Part shown: in pieces, positions 1 to 9,262 of the stretch
Layout of the letters: every line of letters begins with the position of its first letter
How positions within the stretch are numbered: the first letter of the stretch is position 1
Source of the DNA: Ignavibacteriota bacterium
GTDB lineage: Bacteria; Bacteroidota; Ignavibacteria; UBA10030; UBA6906
Assembly (NCBI GenBank): GCA_963801355.1
Contig: CAWDEM010000004.1
Span: 1,440,001-1,504,000, forward strand
Reading direction: 5' to 3'
DNA length: 64,000 nucleotides
Notes under the pieces: generated by a model
Database searches by the model: none
The model's input: the letters and a program-made list of their open reading frames with translations, nothing else
Told to the model about the DNA's origin: nothing
Program-made: the position numbers and the translations under genes

Positions 1-171
1 GATGCCCGGGAAGTCATCGTGTCACCGGCACGGGCGCATTCGATGGCAGCCCTGCAATGGGACCTCCCGCGTCGGCCGGTGGTGCCGCCCGACCTCCGCC
101 GGATCCGCGAAAGTGATCCGCGTCGCATGCTTGGTGACCTGTATTCAACCATGCTGAGGAGACTGAAGTGA
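1..171 (+). CDS. 3' end of an upstream CDS (partial, unknown product)
   Basis: Frame +1 is open from base 1 to TGA at 169-171, which overlaps the GTG start of the next gene (GTGA coupling). Confidence 0.6.
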   Translation, partial: DAREVIVSPARAHSMAALQWDLPRRPVVPPDLRRIRESDPRRMLGDLYSTMLRRLK

Positions 172-1193
172 CCGTTCACATAGGCGGGTACCAGTCCCTT
201 TCGATTCTGAGGGGAGGGCCGCTCACGCAAATCCGGGAGACCGTCAAGGGGCTGCGTGCGGTCGGGTTGGACGTCCGGCTGTTTGATGTCTGGAATCCGC
301 CGAATTTCGCTTCCGGCGACCTCTTCCACCTCTTTGCCGCGAACATCGGCACATACCATCTGGCACGTGAGATCCATGCCTTGAATGTGCCTCTCGTGGT
401 GTCTCCCATCACTTATTCCCGGCACTCCCCCCGTTTCGTACGGGCGGGGCTGGCGGGCTCGCGTGTGCTGCAAAAGATCGGTCCGGGCATCTGGTCAGAC
501 TATGCGTTGTGTGCGGATATCTGCGGCTGGGCGGCAAAGGTGCTGCCAAATACGCGGGCCGAAGCTGACCTGCTGAAGAAGGGTTACGGTATCCCGGCAT
601 CCAGAATAACCGTTGTTCCCAACGGAGTTGAAGCGCGATTTGCAGATGCGGACCCTTCGCTCTTCGAGAGAACGTATAAGCGGCGGAACTTCATCCTGAA
701 TGTCGGACACATCGGACATGCACGCAAGAACGTCCTGACGCTCATTCGAGCGTTGGCGGCGATCGATCACCCCGCGGTCATCATCGGGCGCATCATTTCC
801 GGTCCTTACGGAGATGCCTGCGTGCGGGAGGCCGCCAGACACAAACATATTTTGTTGATTGACGGCTTGGACAATTCCTCGGACATGCTTGCTTCTGCAT
901 ACGCAGCATGCGATACATTCGTGCTTCCGTCGTTGTTCGAGACTCCAGGGATCGCGGCTCTGGAGGCCGCCCTTGCCGGCGCAAAAATCGTCATTACTCC
1001 CTATGGCGGAACTACCGAGTATTTCGGTGCGAGCGCCCGGTATGTGGAACCGTCATCGTCAGCATCAATCCGGAAGGGGATAGAGGACGCACTGCAGGCA
1101 AAGAAGACACCCGTCTTGCGCGAGCATGTCCTGAACAACTACACCTGGAAGGTCGTGGCGGAGAGAACCGCTGCTGCGTACAGAGAGGTGTGA
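168..1193 (+). CDS. Glycosyltransferase family 4 (GT-B) protein
   Basis: VVPNGV, KNVLTLIRA and FVLPSLFETPGIAALEA (ExxG...E) GT4 motifs; ends YTWKVVAE. Confidence 0.9.
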   Translation: MTVHIGGYQSLSILRGGPLTQIRETVKGLRAVGLDVRLFDVWNPPNFASGDLFHLFAANIGTYHLAREIHALNVPLVVSPITYSRHSPRFVRAGLAGSRVLQKIGPGIWSDYALCADICGWAAKVLPNTRAEADLLKKGYGIPASRITVVPNGVEARFADADPSLFERTYKRRNFILNVGHIGHARKNVLTLIRALAAIDHPAVIIGRIISGPYGDACVREAARHKHILLIDGLDNSSDMLASAYAACDTFVLPSLFETPGIAALEAALAGAKIVITPYGGTTEYFGASARYVEPSSSASIRKGIEDALQAKKTPVLREHVLNNYTWKVVAERTAAAYREV

Positions 1194-1228
1194 TGCTGAC
1201 GGGGGAGGGGCGAGTCCTGCCCCGTCAC

Positions 1229-1684
1229 CTATGGCTGTGAACGTCCAACTCGCAATTCCACATCTTCGCCGCTCATGATGCCCACTGCAAGATCGTAGCG
1301 CTCACCCTGAATGGTTATTGTTCCCCAGCCCGGCGTTGCATACACGCCGTCGGATGCACGCCGTGCGAAGTTGAGTATAATGCCCTCCCCAAAATCCACC
1401 GTCACCCACCCGTCTCCCTGTGCAAGGATCCGTCCCGGTGTCGTTTGATTGATCAATAGGGAGCGATGGCCTGTCTTTCTGAAGGGCCCGGTCTGCTGCA
1501 CCGAATCCAATTGACGCAGTGATCGGAACTCAACCGTTGAAGAAACGTGGAAAACGAGGGACTGGAGATCTTGTTCTCCGACAACCGTTCTGTAGCTTTC
1601 GGAGAAGAATGGAAATTCGGAAGCACAGCCCCCCACAAGAACGACAGCAACGAGAAAGGCAACGACTCGAGCGTGTGGACGCAT
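1229..1684 (-). CDS. Hypothetical lipoprotein (~151 aa)
   Basis: ATG at 1684 gives MRPHARVVAFLVAVVLVGGC, a signal peptide II with lipobox. The ORF-track extension to 1993 overlaps the BMC-P gene and is rejected. Confidence 0.65.
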   Translation of the reverse strand: MRPHARVVAFLVAVVLVGGCASEFPFFSESYRTVVGEQDLQSLVFHVSSTVEFRSLRQLDSVQQTGPFRKTGHRSLLINQTTPGRILAQGDGWVTVDFGEGIILNFARRASDGVYATPGWGTITIQGERYDLAVGIMSGEDVELRVGRSQP

Positions 1685-1873
1685 GGAGAGATTCCCTGGA
1701 TTGAGAAGATTCATTTGGATCAGTTTGCCGCCGGCGACTGGATTTCCTTCAACATACGCATACGGCGGGGAAAATCCCACTATTTTTGCCCGGATTCGTC
1801 TTGCTGCTGGATTTCCGTGAATTCGTTTCGTACATTTTTGAATCAACTCTTCCTTCAAACATGGAATAACCCA

Positions 1874-2167
1874 ATGGAACTCGGGCGCGTCGAAGGGACT
1901 ATAGTCTCCACTGCAAAAGCTGCCCGGTTGAAGGGGCGCAAGCTGCTTCTCGTAAATCTGGTGGGCCCGGATACCAAGCCTTCCGGCAACCATGTCGTCG
2001 CGGTTGATGCGGTGGGTGCAGGTGAAGGGGAAGTGGTGATCGTGGTCCGCGGCAGCTCGGCGCGGCAGGTGGACGATCTCACGAATATTCCCACCGATAC
2101 CAGCATCGTGGCCATCGTGGACTCGATCGAATACGGCGGAAAAACCGTGTTCCGAAAGGGCTCATGA
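1874..2167 (+). CDS. BMC pentamer shell protein (EutN/CcmL family) #1
   Basis: MELGRVEGTIVSTAK...KLLLV...VAVDAVGAGEGEVV...GSSAR...IVAIVD; true start ATG 1874 lies inside ORF 1547..2167. Confidence 0.95.
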   Translation: MELGRVEGTIVSTAKAARLKGRKLLLVNLVGPDTKPSGNHVVAVDAVGAGEGEVVIVVRGSSARQVDDLTNIPTDTSIVAIVDSIEYGGKTVFRKGS

Positions 2168-2445
2168 AGCTCGGACGCGTCACGGGAAAGGTCTGGGCGA
2201 CCGCCAAAGACCCCAAACTGAACGGCCTCACTCTGTATGTTATGCAGCCGGTGGATGAAAACGACAAAACCCTGGGAACAGAGCTTATCGTCGTGGACAC
2301 CGTCGGCTCGCGTGAAGGGGATCTCGTCTACTGGGTCGGCGGCGCAGAGGCAACGTTTCCCTTCTCTGACCGTCAAATCCCCAGCGATGCCACCATCGTC
2401 GGCCTGGTCGACCGGCTCGACATAGTCACGGACGGCACAGCATGA
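2164..2445 (+). CDS. BMC pentamer shell protein (EutN/CcmL family) #2
   Basis: MKLGRVTGKVWATAKD...VVDTVGSREGDLV...DATIVGLVD; ATGA overlap with the previous gene. Confidence 0.95.
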   Translation: MKLGRVTGKVWATAKDPKLNGLTLYVMQPVDENDKTLGTELIVVDTVGSREGDLVYWVGGAEATFPFSDRQIPSDATIVGLVDRLDIVTDGTA

Positions 2446-2726
2446 TTCTCTGCAAGGTCGTGGGCAACGTGGTCTCGACGATGAAGCACGATGCATATCT
2501 CAATAAGAAAATCCTGCTGGTCAGGCCTGTGACTCCCGAGGGAAATCTCAAATCCGGCACAATGGTCGCTGTGGACACCGTCGGAGCGGGGGTGGGAAAT
2601 CTGGTTCTGGTTGCTTCTGAGGGCCGGGCGGCGATGGAGATCCTTGGCTTTTCCTCGCGTCAGCCGTTGCGCAGCGTCATTGTCGGGATTGTGGACAGCG
2701 TCGATCGCGAAAGGAGCGGCGTATGA
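2442..2726 (+). CDS. BMC pentamer shell protein (EutN/CcmL family) #3
   Basis: MILCKVVGNVVSTMKH...VAVDTVGAGVGNLVLV..EGRAA...IVGIVD; ATGA overlap. Confidence 0.95.
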   Translation: MILCKVVGNVVSTMKHDAYLNKKILLVRPVTPEGNLKSGTMVAVDTVGAGVGNLVLVASEGRAAMEILGFSSRQPLRSVIVGIVDSVDRERSGV

Positions 2727-3373
2727 CGGATGGGGAGCTGCGCACCATCGTCGAACGCATGGTGCGGGAAGCTGTGGAGAAACAAGTTCGCGGAACTGCC
2801 GGCAAAGCGGTCCCGATGAATATTTCCGCCCGGCATATGCATATCTGTCAGGAACATCTGGAGGTCCTCTTCGGCCAGGGGGCGTCATTGACAAAATTGC
2901 GCGACCTGATGCAGCCCGGCGAATTCGCCGCCAACGAGACGGTTGCCGTTGTCGGCGTGAACCGCCGGGTCTTTGAACAGGTGCGCATCCTCGGTCCTGT
3001 CCGCAAAGCCACACAGGTTGAACTCTCGTATACTGACGGCCGCTTTCTCGGCATGGATCTGCCCGCCCGCATTTCCGGCGACATTGCGGGAACCCATCCG
3101 GCGGTGCTGATCGGCCCGAAAGGGGTCGTGCAACTCCGCGAAGGAGTTATCCGGGCGCTGAGACATGTTCATATCGGTGAGGATGATGCCGCCCGCATCG
3201 GTGTGCGCAATGGACAACAGGTCAGCGTGCGGACACCGGGACCTCTGGGCGTGACCTTTGATCAGGTGTTGATCCGGGCAGGGAAGAATGCTCTCCGCGA
3301 GATGCATATCGATACCGATGAGGCCAATGCGGCGGGTCTTGGAACCGGCGCGACCGGTGAACTCATATTCTAA
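2723..3373 (+). CDS. pduL: Phosphate acyltransferase PduL with N-terminal encapsulation peptide
   Basis: NISARHMHI, QPGEFAA, VRILGPVR, RHVH, EMHIDTDEANA; N-terminal amphipathic helix ELRTIVERMVREAV. Confidence 0.95.
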   Translation: MTDGELRTIVERMVREAVEKQVRGTAGKAVPMNISARHMHICQEHLEVLFGQGASLTKLRDLMQPGEFAANETVAVVGVNRRVFEQVRILGPVRKATQVELSYTDGRFLGMDLPARISGDIAGTHPAVLIGPKGVVQLREGVIRALRHVHIGEDDAARIGVRNGQQVSVRTPGPLGVTFDQVLIRAGKNALREMHIDTDEANAAGLGTGATGELIF

Positions 3374-3402
3374 ATCGTTTTGCAGGGAAGTGATATCTTC
3401 AT

Positions 3403-4830
3403 ATGATCCTTGACCAGTCAACGCTCACGGAGATTATTCAGACTGTCATTGCCCGTCTTCACGCCGAGGGTTTAGTACCGTTGGCTGGCCGTCGCGCGTC
3501 GGGCGACGAAGGGATTTTTGATGATGCGGCAGATGCCATTGCGGCCTCGCAGGAAGCGCAGCGGCAGTGGGCGGGCTCCTCACGGGAGACGCGGGACCGC
3601 GTGATCGACGCGTTGCGGACAGCGATGCACCAGAATGCAGAAGTTTTCGCGCGTCGCGAGGTGGATGAAACCGGCCTCGGACGGTACGAAGACAAGGTGG
3701 TGAAAGTTCACAACGCAGCGAGCGCCACGCCGGGGACGGAAGATCTCACGACGCGGTCTTGGAGCGGTGACAAAGGCCTCGTCGTCGAGGAATATGCTCC
3801 GTACGGGGTCATTGCCGCCGTCACCCCCTCCACTCATCCGATCCCTGTCCTGTTCAATAGTCTGGTGATCATCATTGCGTCGGGGAACAGCGTGGTATTC
3901 AATGTGCATCCGGCGGCAAAGAACACCTCTGCGTTTGCGCTGCAGCTGTTTCACCGGGCTATCCGGGCCAATGGAGGCCCCGAGAACCTCGCGACGATGA
4001 TCCGCGTCCCCACGATCGAGAGCGCCGATACCCTCTTCCGTCATCCCGCAGTGCGGTTGATTGCAGCGACCGGGGGACCGGGGCTTGTCAAGGCGGCGTT
4101 CGGATCGGGAAAGAAAGTCATCGCGGCAGGACCGGGGAACCCCCCGGTGGTCGTGGATGCCACGGCGGATCTCGACCGCGCGGCGAAGGCGATCATTGAA
4201 GGGGCTTCCTTTGACAATAATATCCTCTGCATTGCAGAGAAGGAAGCCTTCGTTGTCGACGCGGTCTTCGACCGCTTCATGGATGCCATGGCGCGCAACG
4301 GCGCCGTCCGGTTGACGCAGCCGGAGATCGAACAGCTGGCATCGAAGGCAATTCCGAAGGATGCTCACGGCGAGGCGACGGTGAACAAGGAGTTCGTCGG
4401 CAAAAATGCCAGTGTCCTTGCCGCCGCGGCAGGCAGAACAGTGCCGGAAAGCACACGACTGCTGTTCGGTGAGGCCCGTTTCGATTGCGTGTTTGTTCAG
4501 GAAGAGCAAATGATGCCCTACCTTCCTGTCGTCAGAGTGCATGATGTTGAAGAAGCCCTTGCACTTGCGGTGAAGGCGGAGCACGGTTTCGGCCATACGG
4601 CGATGATTCATTCTCACAATCTCGACGTGATCACCCGGTTCAGCAAGATGATGAACACATCGATCGTGGTGGTCAACGGCTCGAGTCTTGCGGGGCTCGG
4701 CGGGATAGGCGGAGAAGGGCAGTTTTCTCACACAGTGTCAAGTCCGACCGGCGAAGGAGTCTGTACACCGCAGGATTTTGCGCGTGTACGGCGGCTGGCC
4801 GTGAGCGGTAATCTGCGGATTGTTCCGTAG
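3403..4830 (+). CDS. CoA-acylating aldehyde dehydrogenase (EutE/PduP family) with N-terminal encapsulation peptide
   Basis: APYGVIAAVTPSTHP, ATGGPGLV, AGPGNPP, FDNNILCIAEKE (catalytic Cys), EHGFGHTA, PTGEG; N-terminal TLTEIIQTVIARL helix. Confidence 0.95.
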   Translation: MILDQSTLTEIIQTVIARLHAEGLVPLAGRRASGDEGIFDDAADAIAASQEAQRQWAGSSRETRDRVIDALRTAMHQNAEVFARREVDETGLGRYEDKVVKVHNAASATPGTEDLTTRSWSGDKGLVVEEYAPYGVIAAVTPSTHPIPVLFNSLVIIIASGNSVVFNVHPAAKNTSAFALQLFHRAIRANGGPENLATMIRVPTIESADTLFRHPAVRLIAATGGPGLVKAAFGSGKKVIAAGPGNPPVVVDATADLDRAAKAIIEGASFDNNILCIAEKEAFVVDAVFDRFMDAMARNGAVRLTQPEIEQLASKAIPKDAHGEATVNKEFVGKNASVLAAAAGRTVPESTRLLFGEARFDCVFVQEEQMMPYLPVVRVHDVEEALALAVKAEHGFGHTAMIHSHNLDVITRFSKMMNTSIVVVNGSSLAGLGGIGGEGQFSHTVSSPTGEGVCTPQDFARVRRLAVSGNLRIVP

Positions 4831-4932
4831 CGCACCGGGCGGAAGCAATCACCGCAGCAGGGACCAGGTACCTGATATCAGCGTGTGGATGCGAACACAC
4901 CATCATCACTTCAACGTTAAGGAGAGACAGAC

Positions 4933-5217
4933 ATGGCAATGGAAGCGCTTGGCATGATTGAAACCCGCGGGCTTGTCGGGTCGATCGAGGCGGCGGATGC
5001 GATGGTTAAAGCGGCACGCGTGCAGCTCATCGGCAAAGTGCTGGTGGGAGGCGGATTGGTGACCGTGTTTGTGCGCGGGGATGTCGCAGCCTGCAAAGCC
5101 GCCACCGATGCCGGCTCGGCGGCGGCGCAGCGTGTCGGGGAACTTGTCAGCTCCCATGTCATCCCCCGCCCGCACGACGACATTGAGACCATTCTTCCGC
5201 AACGAATCGAGAAGTAA
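4933..5217 (+). CDS. BMC hexamer shell protein (EutM/PduA family)
   Basis: [24 protein letters not shown]...GDVAACKAA...HVIPRPH; strong SD TAAGGAG upstream. Confidence 0.97.
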   Translation: MAMEALGMIETRGLVGSIEAADAMVKAARVQLIGKVLVGGGLVTVFVRGDVAACKAATDAGSAAAQRVGELVSSHVIPRPHDDIETILPQRIEK

Positions 5218-5232
5218 CAGAAGGGACAGCGC

Positions 5233-6018
5233 GTGAGCAATCTCCTCACTCTCAAACGAGAAATCGTGGAGGTCGGGCGCCGCGTGTATCAGCGCGGATA
5301 TGTGGCCTCCAACGACGGCAACATCAGCGCCCGCCTTGACGACAAACGCATCGTGATCACCCCGACGGGCGTCAGCAAGGGATTCATGACTCCGGAGGAT
5401 TTGATCGTTCTCGACATGGAAGGCAAGGTCGTGTCGGGCATCAAAAAGCCTTCCTCCGAGATGTTCATGCATCTCTCCGTGTACAAGCACCGCCCGGACG
5501 TCATGAGCGTTTGCCACGCCCATCCGCCCTATGCGACGGGATTTGCGGTGGCGGGCATCCCGCTGGACAAGTGCATCCTCCCCGAGGTGGTCATCGTGCT
5601 GGGCGGCATTCCCATCGTGGAATACGGAACGCCCGGTACGTCGGAATTCTTCCAGCCGGTGCTGAAGATCATCGACAAGTATGATGCCTTTCTCCTGGCA
5701 AACCACGGCGCCCTCACCATCGGCAAGGATGTGGTCAACGCGTACCACAAGATGGAGACGCTGGAACATTTTGCGCACATTGCGTTTGTCGCCCAGCAAC
5801 TGGGTCATATGAACGTACTGAACAGCGAACAGGTACGGAAGCTGACGGATTTGCGCACAAAGTTCGGCATCCGGACGACTGTCGGTTGTGCATCCTGTGA
5901 AGATGAACAGACCTGTCCTTCGCCGGACGACATCCCCGGACCTGAAGCCCGGTCAAAGGATGATATCGTTGCGCAGATTACCGACGCGGTGATGCAGCGT
6001 TTGAAGATGCTTCAATGA
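5233..6018 (+). CDS. Class II aldolase (fuculose/rhamnulose-1-phosphate aldolase-like) with C-terminal encapsulation peptide
   Basis: DGNISAR, ITPTGVSKG, PSSEMFMH, HAHPPYAT, LANHG (Zn ligands); C-terminal DDIVAQITDAVMQRL helix. Confidence 0.92.
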   Translation: MSNLLTLKREIVEVGRRVYQRGYVASNDGNISARLDDKRIVITPTGVSKGFMTPEDLIVLDMEGKVVSGIKKPSSEMFMHLSVYKHRPDVMSVCHAHPPYATGFAVAGIPLDKCILPEVVIVLGGIPIVEYGTPGTSEFFQPVLKIIDKYDAFLLANHGALTIGKDVVNAYHKMETLEHFAHIAFVAQQLGHMNVLNSEQVRKLTDLRTKFGIRTTVGCASCEDEQTCPSPDDIPGPEARSKDDIVAQITDAVMQRLKMLQ

Positions 6019-7208
6019 ATGTCATTGTCTGCAACATCGGCTCCAGCAGTTTCAAATTCCAGTTGCTGGATATGCCTTCCGAGCGTGTTCGTGCCCGGGG
6101 CTATACCGAGCGTGTGGGCAAGGAAGACGCCATCATCACCTACTGGGTGGACGAGCGCCAGGTGGACAGCCGGGTGCAGCCGGTTCCGTCGCACCGTGAG
6201 GCCGTGAAGGACGCGCTGCATTTCCTGGCGGAATCTCCACATGCAGTTCTGCACGGGCTCCAGGACATTCAAGCCGTCGGCTTCAAGACCATCCAGGCCG
6301 GCGAGAAGAACGGCTCCGTGCTGCTGACCGAAGATGTGCTGGAGGCCATGGAGGCGTACCGTGACCTCGCTCCCGCGCACAACCCGCCGTACCTCACTGC
6401 AATCCGGATGTTCAAAGAGTTGCTCCCGCAGGTGCCGCTCGTGGGTGTTTTTGAACCGGGATTCCACACCACTATTCCTACGTATGCCCGGCTCTATGGT
6501 GCGCCGTATGAATGGTTCGAACGCTATGGGGTGAAGAAGTACGGTTACCACGGCGCCTCGCACCGCTTCATTGCAACAGAAGCTGTCCGGATCCTCGGAC
6601 TCCCGCCGGACAACCACAGGCTGATTTCCTGCCATCTCGGGGGATCCTCATCCCTTTGTGCGGTACAGAACGGGGCATCAGTCGATACATCCATGGGATT
6701 CACGCCGCAATCCGGCCTGCTGCAGGGGACTCGTGTGGGCGACATCGATCCTTTTGTTTTTCCCTATATCATGGCAAAGAAGGGAATCACGCTGGATCAA
6801 GCGCTCGCGGAATGTTCAAAAAACGGCGGTCTGGCGGGAATTTCCGGAGTCTCTGCAGACATGCGGGAAATCAATGCTGCGATTGCCGGGGGGAACAACC
6901 GGGCCTTGCTGGCACGCCAGCGTTTCATCTACGACATCAAGAGGTACATCGGCGAGTATCTTGTGCTCCTTGAGGGAGCGGATGCCATCGTCTTTACGGG
7001 AGGAATAGGCCAGCGCGATGCTGCACTGCGGCGCGAGGTTCTGGGTTCGCTCGGATTTCTCGGCGTACGGCTGGATGAAGAGAACAACCGCCTTCATGCA
7101 CAGATCATTACGGAGCCTGCATCAACAATCACCGGCATGGTCGTGGTCACGAACGAAGAACTTGTCGTGGCGCGGGAAGCTCTCAGAATACTGTCCACGC
7201 CCCGTTGA
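6015..7208 (+). CDS. ackA: Acetate/propionate-family kinase (divergent, BMC-associated)
   Basis: NIGSSSFK, APAHNP, YGYHGASH, CHLGGSSS, DTSMGFTPQSG, GTRVGDIDP, FTGGIG, TNEEL. Confidence 0.9.
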   Translation: MNVIVCNIGSSSFKFQLLDMPSERVRARGYTERVGKEDAIITYWVDERQVDSRVQPVPSHREAVKDALHFLAESPHAVLHGLQDIQAVGFKTIQAGEKNGSVLLTEDVLEAMEAYRDLAPAHNPPYLTAIRMFKELLPQVPLVGVFEPGFHTTIPTYARLYGAPYEWFERYGVKKYGYHGASHRFIATEAVRILGLPPDNHRLISCHLGGSSSLCAVQNGASVDTSMGFTPQSGLLQGTRVGDIDPFVFPYIMAKKGITLDQALAECSKNGGLAGISGVSADMREINAAIAGGNNRALLARQRFIYDIKRYIGEYLVLLEGADAIVFTGGIGQRDAALRREVLGSLGFLGVRLDEENNRLHAQIITEPASTITGMVVVTNEELVVAREALRILSTPR

Positions 7209-7217
7209 GGGGACCGG

Positions 7218-8360
7218 TCAACTCGCCGGCCCGGTTGTATCCGGCAGAGAAATCTCCTCAACGCTGGAGACAATGTTCATCACGCGCGACTGGTGATCGA
7301 TCGACTCCTTGTGGATGATCTCAAAGAGCTTTTGCACGAAGCCGGCTGAAAGGTTCTTCTCCAATCCCACCTTCATCCGGTTGCGGACGATTTCGTCCCA
7401 CCGGGTCGACTGCAGAATGGTGATGTTGTTGTCCTTCTTGTACTGACCGATCTCATCGGCGACCGACATACGGTCCGCCATAATCTCCAGCAGGTCCCTA
7501 TCAATCTTGTCGATCTTCTCACGAAGCTCCACCAGCTTTGTCCGGGTGAGAACGTCGTCAATGGATTCATGACGGAAGACAAGTCGCGACAGCAGCGTAC
7601 CCAATTCCGCCGGGGTCAGCTGTTGTTTCGCATCGCTCAACGCCTCCGCCGGGCGGATGTGTGCCTCGATCATCAAGCCGTCGTAGTTCAGGTCGAGTGC
7701 CGTCTGTGAGACCGGCTGAAGCAGTTCCGTCGACCCGCACATATGGCTCGGATCGCAGATCAGGGGAAGTCCGGGGATCCGTCGCTTCAGTTCGATGGGG
7801 ATTTCCCAGTTGGGTTTGTTGCGGTACCGCGACCGTTCGAACGTCGAGAAGCCGCGGTGGATGGCGCCCAGCCGGGTGATGCCTGCCTTGTTGATCCGCT
7901 CGAGCGCTCCGATCCAGAGTTCAAGATCCGGATTTACCGGGTTCTTCACGAGGACCGGGACATCCGAACCCCTGAGCGCGTCCGCAATTTCCTGCACCGC
8001 GAAAGGATTGGCTGCGGTGCGCGCCCCCACCCAGAGAATCGAAATTCCCGCTGCAAGCGCCTGCTCGACATGCCTGCTGTTGGCGACTTCGATCGCCGTG
8101 GGCAGACCGGTTGCCTCCTGGGCCATCCGGAGCCACGCAAGGGCCGGTCGTCCCATGCCTTCGAACGCCGATGGTCGCGTCCGGGGTTTCCAGACTCCGG
8201 CGCGCAGTACGTGGACCCGCTTCAGCGCCGCGAGAGCCCGGGCGGTGGACATCACTTGCTCCTCGCTTTCCGCGCTGCACGGGCCCGAGATGATGATCGG
8301 GCGATCCAGCGTAAGCCCGAGGGGTCGGTCCTTTATGAAATGCAGATGCGCTTCCATCAT
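7218..8360 (-). CDS. Bifunctional DAHP synthase (type I beta-like) / chorismate mutase
   Basis: SGPCSAES, RAGVWKPRTRP, VGART, KNP, HRGF, CDPSH, plus a C-terminal AroQ domain (LREKIDKIDRDLLEIMADRM...IGQYKK). Confidence 0.92.
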   Translation of the reverse strand: MMEAHLHFIKDRPLGLTLDRPIIISGPCSAESEEQVMSTARALAALKRVHVLRAGVWKPRTRPSAFEGMGRPALAWLRMAQEATGLPTAIEVANSRHVEQALAAGISILWVGARTAANPFAVQEIADALRGSDVPVLVKNPVNPDLELWIGALERINKAGITRLGAIHRGFSTFERSRYRNKPNWEIPIELKRRIPGLPLICDPSHMCGSTELLQPVSQTALDLNYDGLMIEAHIRPAEALSDAKQQLTPAELGTLLSRLVFRHESIDDVLTRTKLVELREKIDKIDRDLLEIMADRMSVADEIGQYKKDNNITILQSTRWDEIVRNRMKVGLEKNLSAGFVQKLFEIIHKESIDHQSRVMNIVSSVEEISLPDTTGPAS

Positions 8361-9262
8361 TCTGTCCTCTCATGAGTTCCAGCAGGCGCGGCCGGGGGTT
8401 GTTTGCCGTTCCCGTTCAGCCCGGAAAGAACGCGGCGTATCTCGTTGGCCTGTTTCATCGTGGTGTGCAATGCCTGATGCGACCCTGCCTCGATCATTTC
8501 CTTGAAGTGCGTGATGTTGCGGATATAGGCATCCAGAGCCTCACAGACGTATGTGGCATTCTGCATGAATATCGGTGTCCACATATCCGGTGAGCTTTTC
8601 GCCAGACGAACGGTCGATTCAAAACCGGAACCCGCGAGATCAAATATGGTTGAGGTATTTTTCTCGATTTCCAGAACCGTCGTGGCCAGCACGAAGGATG
8701 TGATATGGGAAATGTGCGAAACGTACGCGACATGCAGGTCATGGGACTGTGCATCCATCGTCAGGAGGCGCATACCGACAATACCGTAGATGCGGCGGAT
8801 CAGCGCGACGGCGTCCGGATCGCTTTGCTCGAGGTTGCAGAGAATGCCCAGCTTGTCGCGGAACAGTCCGGCGAGCGCGGCTGCCGGACCGCTGTTCTCC
8901 GTGCCCGCGATGGGATGCGAAGCCACGAACCGCCCGCGGCGGGGATGCCGTTCCACTGCAGAACAGATGCCGTGCTTGGTCGAGCCCATGTCGGCCACCA
9001 CCGCGGATGGAGGGATGCCGTCCAGCACCGCAGGGAGGAGCTGCGCAGTGGCAGTGACCGGGACGGCAATGATGACCAGATCTGCTGACTCTATAGCCTG
9101 TTCGAGGGGACGGATTTCATCGACCAGTCCGATGGCTTGTGCCAGGCGTGCATTCCCGGGGTTGTTATCGACGCCGATGATCCGGGAGGTGAATCCGGCG
9201 GCACGGAGGTCTCTCGCCCATGAGCCGCCAATGAGGCCGGGACCGATGACAACGGTGGTCAT
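8357..9262 (-). CDS. tyrA: Prephenate dehydrogenase
   Basis: VIGPGLIGGS, DMGSTK, SHPIAGTE, HDLHVAYVSHISH, STVRLAKSSPDMW; start 9262 overlaps the upstream stop (ATGA). Confidence 0.93.
   Translation of the reverse strand: MTTVVIGPGLIGGSWARDLRAAGFTSRIIGVDNNPGNARLAQAIGLVDEIRPLEQAIESADLVIIAVPVTATAQLLPAVLDGIPPSAVVADMGSTKHGICSAVERHPRRGRFVASHPIAGTENSGPAAALAGLFRDKLGILCNLEQSDPDAVALIRRIYGIVGMRLLTMDAQSHDLHVAYVSHISHITSFVLATTVLEIEKNTSTIFDLAGSGFESTVRLAKSSPDMWTPIFMQNATYVCEALDAYIRNITHFKEMIEAGSHQALHTTMKQANEIRRVLSGLNGNGKQPPAAPAGTHERTE

Noticed and set aside
1547-1993. N-terminal extensions of BMC-P #1 (from 1547) and of the lipoprotein (from 1993)
   Set aside because: They overlap each other head to head. 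The recognisable domain and signal peptide start at 1874 (+) and 1684 (-).
3580-4731. 383-aa antisense ORF over the aldehyde dehydrogenase
   Set aside because: Shadow ORF typical of high-GC coding DNA; no motifs.
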